NCBI GenBank assembly: GCA_037442745.1
Contig: JBBIPP010000005.1
Location: 24,741 to 88,740, forward strand
Direction of reading: 5' to 3'
Length of the DNA: 64,000 bases
From: an archaeon
GTDB taxonomy: Archaea; SpSt-1190; DYHY01
Shown here: piece after piece, positions 57,264-64,000 of the stretch
How positions within the stretch are numbered: the first letter of the stretch is position 1
How the letters are laid out: the number at the start of each line of letters is the position of its first letter
The notes under the pieces: model-generated
Told to the model about the DNA's origin: nothing
What the model saw: only the letters and a program-made list of their open reading frames with translations
The model's database searches: none
Position numbers and translations under genes: made by a program

Positions 57264-58331
57264 ATGAGGTATTCTCTCGCAACAATGGCGCAGAAACGCG
57301 AGAAAAGAAAATCCTTGTCCGAACTAGAGTTTCCAAAGAATTCCTCTCAGGAGGAAAAGATCAGGCACATTCTGGAATATGCAGTTCTCGCTCCTTCAAC
57401 CCTCAACTCCCAGCCATGGAAATTCAAAATTGAGGGCTCGAGAGTCTCATTCCTGGGAGACTTTTCCAAGGAAATGAAGGCAGTTGACCCAGAAAGAAGG
57501 CAGATACATTTCTCCCTCGGGGCAGTTGTCGGGAATTTCCTCGTTGCCTTGGACAAGTTCGGTCTCTCAGCAAAAGCTGAATTCCCTGAAGAAGGGTTTG
57601 CAGCTGCAATTGTTACTGTCGGATTCCCTGAAACCCATAATGGGGAGGAGCATGCGGAGGTCTCGGGAGGGATTTTTCCCCCAGAAATGTTCCACTCAAT
57701 TGAGAGAAGGGCAACATCCCACGCAATTTTCAAGAGGGAAGAAATTCCTGAGGAGGTTCTCATGCATCTTGCAGGGGCGGTTGTTGGCGGAGAGGGGATT
57801 CTCCTTTCTTTGATAACGGGAGAAATGCCAAAAGCCAAAGCTGGGGAAATTGTCAGGAATTCCCAGATAAAGCTCGGGGAATCAAAGGACTATAGGAAGG
57901 AAACATCGGCATTGATTAGGCACTCCTATTCCGCGCACTTGGACGGGAAAGTTTTTGGATTCTCCGGGCCATTGAGCCTTCTCAATTCCCGCCTTGCCAG
58001 GACTCGCTCTTTCTGGAAGAGGGAGGGAGAACGGCTTGAAAAACGCTTTTCCCAGGCACCCTTGGTCTGCGTTCTCTCAACTGAAAAGGATTTGAGGCAG
58101 TCTTGGATTAGGGCGGGAATTGCATTTGAGCTTTTCTCGCTCACTGCGACTGCCATTGGCTATGAAATTGAAGGAACGTTCGCCCCTATTGAGGACAAGG
58201 AGAGAAGAAGCGAACTGAAAGCCCTGATTGAGCAGGAAGGATTTCCCCAGATTGTCCTCCGGGTTGGAACCGGGGAGAAATTGACTGGGAAGACTCCGAG
58301 AAAGCCTGTTGAGGAATTCTTGAGTGATTAG
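57264..58331 (+). CDS. nitroreductase-family flavoprotein
   Basis: LAPSTLNSQPWKF nitroreductase signature; two-lobed length. Confidence 0.6.
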   Translation: MRYSLATMAQKREKRKSLSELEFPKNSSQEEKIRHILEYAVLAPSTLNSQPWKFKIEGSRVSFLGDFSKEMKAVDPERRQIHFSLGAVVGNFLVALDKFGLSAKAEFPEEGFAAAIVTVGFPETHNGEEHAEVSGGIFPPEMFHSIERRATSHAIFKREEIPEEVLMHLAGAVVGGEGILLSLITGEMPKAKAGEIVRNSQIKLGESKDYRKETSALIRHSYSAHLDGKVFGFSGPLSLLNSRLARTRSFWKREGERLEKRFSQAPLVCVLSTEKDLRQSWIRAGIAFELFSLTATAIGYEIEGTFAPIEDKERRSELKALIEQEGFPQIVLRVGTGEKLTGKTPRKPVEEFLSD

Positions 58332-58926
58332 TCTGAAAAAGGGCTTTTTTAAGTAGTTAATCACTAATTAGCGATTAATATGTTTAAAGGAAGAGAACAC
58401 TAGTAAAGGAATTGCTCAAATACAGAAACTTGTTCTTTCCAAGGCAGTCGAAATTGGCGCCCACTATTAGTTCTAGGTAAGCAAAATTGCTCCTGCGCAG
58501 TTGAAGGAATTTTTCGGCTTGGGCCAGATATGACAACGCCGAACGGATGGTTGTTTCAGTCAGGGATTGAACGCACGCGACCCGAGCCAGCCAAACGAGA
58601 TAGTTTTCTGGAGGCAAATCGATTGTGGCCCGACTGCTCAAATAAGGCATTCCCCGGCAGTTGACAAGAGCATTCTTGACAGCGCAGGGTTCCAAGTATT
58701 CTTCCGGGCCGATTGGAATAATTGGCGGGACAGGAAAGGAAACTGTCCAATTGAAAGCAGGAATTGATTGGCAAGGAAAACATCCGTACAATTTCATTGA
58801 CATCACATGCGGGCAAATTTCTTGTTGCAGGTGTTCGGCAATAACCCTGACTGACAGGACTTGCTCTGCGAAAAGGCTTATTCCTGAATTGAGTTCAAAA
58901 AGCCCGAAAAGTGAGTGAAAAATAGG

Positions 58927-61900
58927 TTAATCTTCGCCAACGCCCAGTTCCTTGTCCAAAACAGCAAGCTTCCTCTCGTTGTTGTTCTTCAATTCCGAGT
59001 AGGTGGAGTCCGATATCAGCCCTTCCTTGTGCTGGCTCTCAATAAGTTTCAGCGCCTTTTTCACCCGCTCCCTCGTCCTGATAAGGTCTGCAGGGGTCGA
59101 TTTCTTCACCTGTATTGCCTCCTTGATTTCCCTTGCAGCCTCTTTCTTGACAATTGTTCGGACCTTCCTCAAGGTCCTTGACACCCAGATTATTACGATT
59201 ATTCCCAGAATCAGTATCAGGAGGGCAATAAAATATGGGAATGCTGTCGCTGGGAGAATCAGGGAAATCACAGGAGTTGTTGGCTGGGCTTTTTGGGGAA
59301 TTCTGTTCAGCTCGAACTCGGCCCTATCAAGGTAATTATGCGCCTTCCTTATTGCGTCCCCGGCGTTCCGAAGAGCCCCCTCATCTACGAACTTTCCGGC
59401 AGTCTCTATCTGGAGCTTGCCTTGCGCCATTATGTCAATTACGTCAGTGACATTTTTGCCGTTCTCCATTGCTATTGAGAGAATGTCCTCAAGCTCTCCG
59501 TACCTTCCCTTTAGGAACTGGATTTCGTAAAAGAGGCGCTCCCTCTCTGACGCAAAAACTGATATTGCTGTTATTTTCGAGGAATTGGCCTCTTCTGAGA
59601 AGGCGTTGATTGTCAGGGGATAGACCTGCGCCTTGGCTTCGGTCGGGACAACAAGGCGGACAATGAATGTCGCAGTCCCGTCAGAGTCGAGGAAAGAGGC
59701 GTTACCGGACACTATCTCAATCCAGTCGGCAGACACCCCATCGAAGGTTATTGTTATGTTATGGAGCGTCTCAGTTCCGAGGTTCTGGACCTCGACATTG
59801 AAGAAACGGACTGAATTCCTCTCAACAAATAGGTCGCGCTCCCTCGGATAGTCAGATAGTGCAAGGCTGTATGTGGGTTTCGCTGGAATTGATGTTGTGG
59901 TTGTTGTTGTCGGTCCAGCAATTTCGAACACGTCATCCCCTTCGTCGTCGGGAATTGTTGTCTCAACAACCGGGTCAGTTACCATGAAAAGTGTGTTCGC
60001 AATTGCCGGGGAATCCGGCCCGTCATACTCTATCCGGACAGTCAGGTTGTGAATACCTTTGGTCTCGGAGAGGTATAGCTGAAAATTCCGGTAGTAGGTT
60101 TCCGTTGAAAAGGAAGGGATTTTCACCTCCTCTCTTGAGGAATATACAAGGCCGTTGTCAATCCAATATGTCATGTTGACATCGAACTGGTCGGTCGGCC
60201 CCATGTTCGTCGCGTTTATCCGGAACTTGAGATTGCTTCCGGCGGGAACCGGGGAATTTAGGACTTCAATTGAAACGTCGAACGGCCCGCCCTGAGTAAC
60301 CTCGAAAGGCCATGCGTCAAGAGTGCTTGTCCCCGCTTTCGTTGCGTTGAAGAGAGCGAAATAGTTGCCAGTAGTGTTGGTGTTAACTGTCGAGTAATAG
60401 TCATATAATCCGGCGCTCGAATGCGTGAAATTGGAGAGCTCGAGATATTTCCAGAGAATTGGGCCGAATTCTGTCACATAATAGAGGGAAATTGTCAGGT
60501 TATCAACGTCTATCGGGAGTCCGGTTGTCCTGTCAACTGTTATTGCGCCGGTGTGGAATTCCTTGTTTGTGTAAATCCGTGAGTTCATTTTTGGGATAAT
60601 TTGGAGAGGCTTGTCAGACTGCACAATGAATGAGCTGTTGCGCTGGAAATATAGCTCGGAGGAAATCAGGGGCTCGTAAAAGTTCGAGGGAGCATAAAGT
60701 GTATAGTTCGTCCCGTCAGGAGCTCCCGTTGGAATAATGAAAATTGATATCGGGGCAACTCCTGACGCGTCAGTTACAATGGGAACAGTTGTGACGTCAG
60801 AGAGAAAAGGAAGGAGTGAGCCGGACGGGTTCCTGACAGAGAGGTTTGAGGACACTCCTGAAAGGGGGGCTCCGAAAAAGTCGGTTGCCGAGAACTCGAC
60901 CGAGCCGAATGCCCCCGGCTTGTAGAGAGGTATCTCTGTTCTTGCAGTGAGATTCACGTGCGTATAGACTGTAAAGTTTCCTGTCGCGTTCCCGCTGCTC
61001 CCGATTCCGTCAGTTGCTGACACGAACGCCGAATAGTTGCCTTTCCTGATTGTGTTCGCCCAGGACGATGGAAAGGAGACAGTGTAGTTGAAAACCCATC
61101 CGCTGAGGGAATAGTGCGCGCCAGAGGGCGAAAGCTGGGTCGAATAAACTGTGGAGTTCGGGCCAGTAACATTAATCGAGGCTCCCGTAATATTTAGCCC
61201 GGAAAAGTCTGTGACGCTCGCGTTAATTGTCGTATATTCGCTCTGGGTAAAGTTGTCGGGGAAGAAATAAAGGAGAATTGAGGGTGGGCCTGTCCTCAGA
61301 TAGAACCACAATTGGTAAAACGACCAGTTCGCGAAATTGTCCGGGTGCTCTGCCGAGACGTTCACCGAATAGTTCCCGGCGGAAAAGCCGGCCGAATTCC
61401 AGGTGCAGTTGTAGAGGCCACCGGTCTCGTTCGCAACGCATACAAATGAGGTCAGGTTGAAAAGAGTGAAATTGAGGCTTGCCCCGGGAACGAATCTCGA
61501 GCACTCGTCTGTGACATTAGCTTCAAATGGCACGAAATCTCCTTGGGCGGGAGTAGAATACTGGGACGGGGCTAAAAGCTCCGTTCCAAGGTTCCCGACA
61601 ACCGAATATGTGAAAAGGGAGGAAGAATTCTCCTTGTAATAGGAGGAGCCGGAATAGTTCGCTTTCCAGGAAACCTCCCCGTGTGGAATAAGGCAGTCCG
61701 GGTCGAACTCCGCTGTCGCGTTCCCGTCGCTTTCAGTATAGTTCCAGCCTGCCAAGAGCCACCCTGATGAGAAGCTGTCAGTCCAGAACGACAAATTCTC
61801 GCCTGGAATTATTGTCCCGTTGTCAATGTCATATAGGCTTGCTCCGAAAACAACTGTTCCAGCTCCCGGTCTGACAACCGGGCTTCCGGAAATGGAGAGG

Positions 61901-63372
61901 AAAACAATTGAAACGTCGTTTCTCTCGACTTCCGGCAGGAAGAATTCCGATGTGTTGTAGAAGGTCGGATAGTGGTAGGGGTCGGTATATTCTATCAAAA
62001 ATGACCGGTTGAAGCCAATATCCAAGGCGGAAAATGGCTTTTCCGACCAGTTCGCATATGAGGCTGGGGCAATCTCAATTGTCGAATATTTCCGCCAGCC
62101 GGATGTCGCATTTACCCAGAGAGTGACATTGACAGTGTCCGGGTTCAAGTCGTCGTCTGAAACGTTGACTGAGAAATTGAAATATTCGTTCCAGCCTCCG
62201 ATAACAGGATTAACTGAGAATTCTGATATTGTCGGTATTTTGTCGGCAGTATAGTAGAAGGCTGTTGAATTGAATGAAGAATTAAACGACCTTTTGGTAG
62301 CGCGTGAATTGACAATATAGGTTCCGTTCGGAGATTCCCAAGGGAGGAAAATACGGAGAAGATAGCCTCCGGTCGAATTGGTTATTGTCACGTTTTCGGC
62401 TGCAAATGAATTGTTCGGGAAGAATATTGTCGCGTTAATTGTCGCGTTCTCAATTGGCGCGCCCCCGGAATCCCGCATTATTCCGATTAGCTCGAGAGTC
62501 TCGTTAAAATTGTAGGAAACTGCGGTATCGGACGTTACATTCGTTGGCTGGGCCTGGGCGTCTTCGCCAATTGCAGTATATGCGACAACTGAATAGTTAC
62601 CGACAGTGTAGAACCGGACAGTGTCGATTGCTGCGCCATATACCCCGTACGCATCAACAGCTCCGTATGTCGGATAGCTTCCGAAAGTGTCTGAAACGAA
62701 CCTTCCATATACCTGGGAGCCCCAGTATGATTCATTCCAGCTTCCCGTGCCAGTCCTGTCAGGACCTTTCTGGGATCCGTCAACATAGAGCCTCATTCTG
62801 TCCCCTGATGCTGGTTCTGCCGCCCATTTGAATGAAATCTCGACCCGCTTCGCCCAGCTCCGGTTATATGGTATTGCGGGAGTCCCGGTTGTGTCGTTTA
62901 TCCACGGGGAATAGTCGTTCATTCCGTCTTTGTATCCGCTTCGCCAGTAAATATTCTCAAGAATCTGCTCGCCCGGCGCCTTGTTTCCGTTCTCAAGGGC
63001 GTCGAAATAGAGGAAGAAGGTCCGGTTAGTTCCGTTGACAGTTCCGTTAGCAATCCACTTTACAAGAACTTCCTGAGCGGAAATATTGGAATATTCGAGA
63101 GGATGTTCGGTCAGGTTCTCGTATATTCGGAGGGATTTGTAGTCAAGGGTCGCTCCGGACATGTTCGCCTGTGAGAACGCTCTTGTGAAATTCAGGGTGA
63201 AATTAACTGAAAGGTTTTCCCCGGAAGGGGGATATGAGATTTTTATCGGAACTCGGACATGCCAGGAAGAATTAAACCAGGGAGCGCTTGAGAATCCTAG
63301 TGAAACTGAAAAGAAAGCCAAAAAAAGGAAGGAAAAAGCAATGAAAACAGCCCGTTTTCTCCCTAAATCCAT
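58927..63372 (-). CDS. giant surface protein (1481 aa): signal peptide, heavily N-glycosylatable ectodomain, C-terminal TM anchor, cytoplasmic SHOCT-like tail
   Basis: Signal peptide AVFIAFSFLFLAFFSVSLGF; very many N-x-S/T sequons; TM PYFIALLILILGIIVIIWV; tail ..HKEGLISDSTYSELKNNNERKLAVLDKEL. Confidence 0.7.
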   Translation of the reverse strand: MDLGRKRAVFIAFSFLFLAFFSVSLGFSSAPWFNSSWHVRVPIKISYPPSGENLSVNFTLNFTRAFSQANMSGATLDYKSLRIYENLTEHPLEYSNISAQEVLVKWIANGTVNGTNRTFFLYFDALENGNKAPGEQILENIYWRSGYKDGMNDYSPWINDTTGTPAIPYNRSWAKRVEISFKWAAEPASGDRMRLYVDGSQKGPDRTGTGSWNESYWGSQVYGRFVSDTFGSYPTYGAVDAYGVYGAAIDTVRFYTVGNYSVVAYTAIGEDAQAQPTNVTSDTAVSYNFNETLELIGIMRDSGGAPIENATINATIFFPNNSFAAENVTITNSTGGYLLRIFLPWESPNGTYIVNSRATKRSFNSSFNSTAFYYTADKIPTISEFSVNPVIGGWNEYFNFSVNVSDDDLNPDTVNVTLWVNATSGWRKYSTIEIAPASYANWSEKPFSALDIGFNRSFLIEYTDPYHYPTFYNTSEFFLPEVERNDVSIVFLSISGSPVVRPGAGTVVFGASLYDIDNGTIIPGENLSFWTDSFSSGWLLAGWNYTESDGNATAEFDPDCLIPHGEVSWKANYSGSSYYKENSSSLFTYSVVGNLGTELLAPSQYSTPAQGDFVPFEANVTDECSRFVPGASLNFTLFNLTSFVCVANETGGLYNCTWNSAGFSAGNYSVNVSAEHPDNFANWSFYQLWFYLRTGPPSILLYFFPDNFTQSEYTTINASVTDFSGLNITGASINVTGPNSTVYSTQLSPSGAHYSLSGWVFNYTVSFPSSWANTIRKGNYSAFVSATDGIGSSGNATGNFTVYTHVNLTARTEIPLYKPGAFGSVEFSATDFFGAPLSGVSSNLSVRNPSGSLLPFLSDVTTVPIVTDASGVAPISIFIIPTGAPDGTNYTLYAPSNFYEPLISSELYFQRNSSFIVQSDKPLQIIPKMNSRIYTNKEFHTGAITVDRTTGLPIDVDNLTISLYYVTEFGPILWKYLELSNFTHSSAGLYDYYSTVNTNTTGNYFALFNATKAGTSTLDAWPFEVTQGGPFDVSIEVLNSPVPAGSNLKFRINATNMGPTDQFDVNMTYWIDNGLVYSSREEVKIPSFSTETYYRNFQLYLSETKGIHNLTVRIEYDGPDSPAIANTLFMVTDPVVETTIPDDEGDDVFEIAGPTTTTTTSIPAKPTYSLALSDYPRERDLFVERNSVRFFNVEVQNLGTETLHNITITFDGVSADWIEIVSGNASFLDSDGTATFIVRLVVPTEAKAQVYPLTINAFSEEANSSKITAISVFASERERLFYEIQFLKGRYGELEDILSIAMENGKNVTDVIDIMAQGKLQIETAGKFVDEGALRNAGDAIRKAHNYLDRAEFELNRIPQKAQPTTPVISLILPATAFPYFIALLILILGIIVIIWVSRTLRKVRTIVKKEAAREIKEAIQVKKSTPADLIRTRERVKKALKLIESQHKEGLISDSTYSELKNNNERKLAVLDKELGVGED

Positions 63373-63527
63373 TCCAGCACTCCTTTGTCCCCCTTTGGCA
63401 ATTGCCCATCAGTTTTTAAGGGTTTTATTAAATAAAACTTGCCATATATATGTAGTTTTTGGTGATTTAACCTTTTTAAAATGGTTAAAGAAAGACATTT
63501 TTAGGAGAATTTGGAAATAAAGTGGAA

Positions 63528-64000
63528 AATGGGAATTCTCGACAAATTGAGGGAAATTGGAGCTAATATTTCTGACAAATTCCCCAAAATAAGGTTCAAG
63601 AAAGACGATGTTGGGGGGCCCCGGGAAGAAATTCCTTCGGTTGATATCCCTCCAGTTGAAGAGCCAAAGGCCCGGGCTGGAGGAACTTATTCTACAAAGG
63701 CTGAAGAGAAGCCAGCCATTGCCGAAATCGTCCCAGCCACTCCCTTGTCTGAAAAACCAATGCCTGCGCCTGAGGAAAAGCCGATTGAGAACCCTGAAGA
63801 AAAGTTCTTCTCCGCAATTGACAGGTTCTCCTTGGAAGATCTCCGGAAAAGAAAGTCGGATCTCGAAAAAATGCTCAAAGTTGCGGATGAAGAACTCTCG
63901 GCCGGAATAATAACCGAAGGCAGTTATAACGAGATACGGAAGAACGCCGGGGAGAAACTGAGGGAAGTTTCGTTCGAATTAAAAGCGGTCGAAAAGCTCC
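63528..64000 (+). CDS. hypothetical protein, partial at window end, with SHOCT-like segment
   Basis: ATG at 63528; Pro/Glu-rich middle; ..SAGIITEGSYNEIRKNAGEKL motif; truncated by the window. Confidence 0.35.

Noticed and set aside
58384-58918. Two mutually antisense ORFs (58384..58806 minus, 58661..58918 plus) in the 600-bp gap before the giant gene
   Set aside because: Neither shows a recognisable domain or convincing coding signal. The region may be the promoter/leader of the giant surface-protein gene.

Overview
This is a 64 kb archaeal contig. The markers are eukaryote-type ribosomal proteins L18e, S3Ae and S15, RNA polymerase subunit N, aIF-5A, an archaeal histone, diphthine-ammonia ligase, archaeal CCA-adding enzyme, Taw1 and class III signal-peptide pilins. 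GC is moderate at about 48-50 percent, and TTG start codons are frequent. The backbone is housekeeping: OFOR beta subunit, endonuclease III, triosephosphate isomerase, dCTP deaminase, malate dehydrogenase, an E1-like ThiF, RNase HII, SAH hydrolase, MTA/SAH deaminase, Dam methylase, a tRNA maturation cluster (Taw1, RNase Z, CCA), two ribosomal operon fragments and three tRNAs (Pro-GGG, Leu-TAA, Glu-TTC). Five things stand out. (1) A five-gene operon combines a KaiC-like ATPase, two roadblock/LC7 (MglB-like) proteins, a KaiC-like domain fused to a Ras-like small GTPase, and a Cys-rich small protein. (2) A lower-GC island carries two MinD/ParA ATPases, coiled-coil and winged-helix proteins and an iteron-like AT-rich region; a SHOCT-like C-terminal tail recurs on the longer MinD, a coiled-coil protein, the cytoplasmic tail of a 1481-aa surface protein, and possibly a downstream partial ORF. 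(3) A tandem GGDEF (diguanylate cyclase) protein sits directly beside archaeal ribosomal genes. (4) A second AT-rich, gene-poor island with decayed ORFs lies at 37.3-38.45 kb. (5) An unusually high number of genes are interrupted by frameshifts or an in-frame stop, which points either to indel-prone sequencing or to genuine gene decay.
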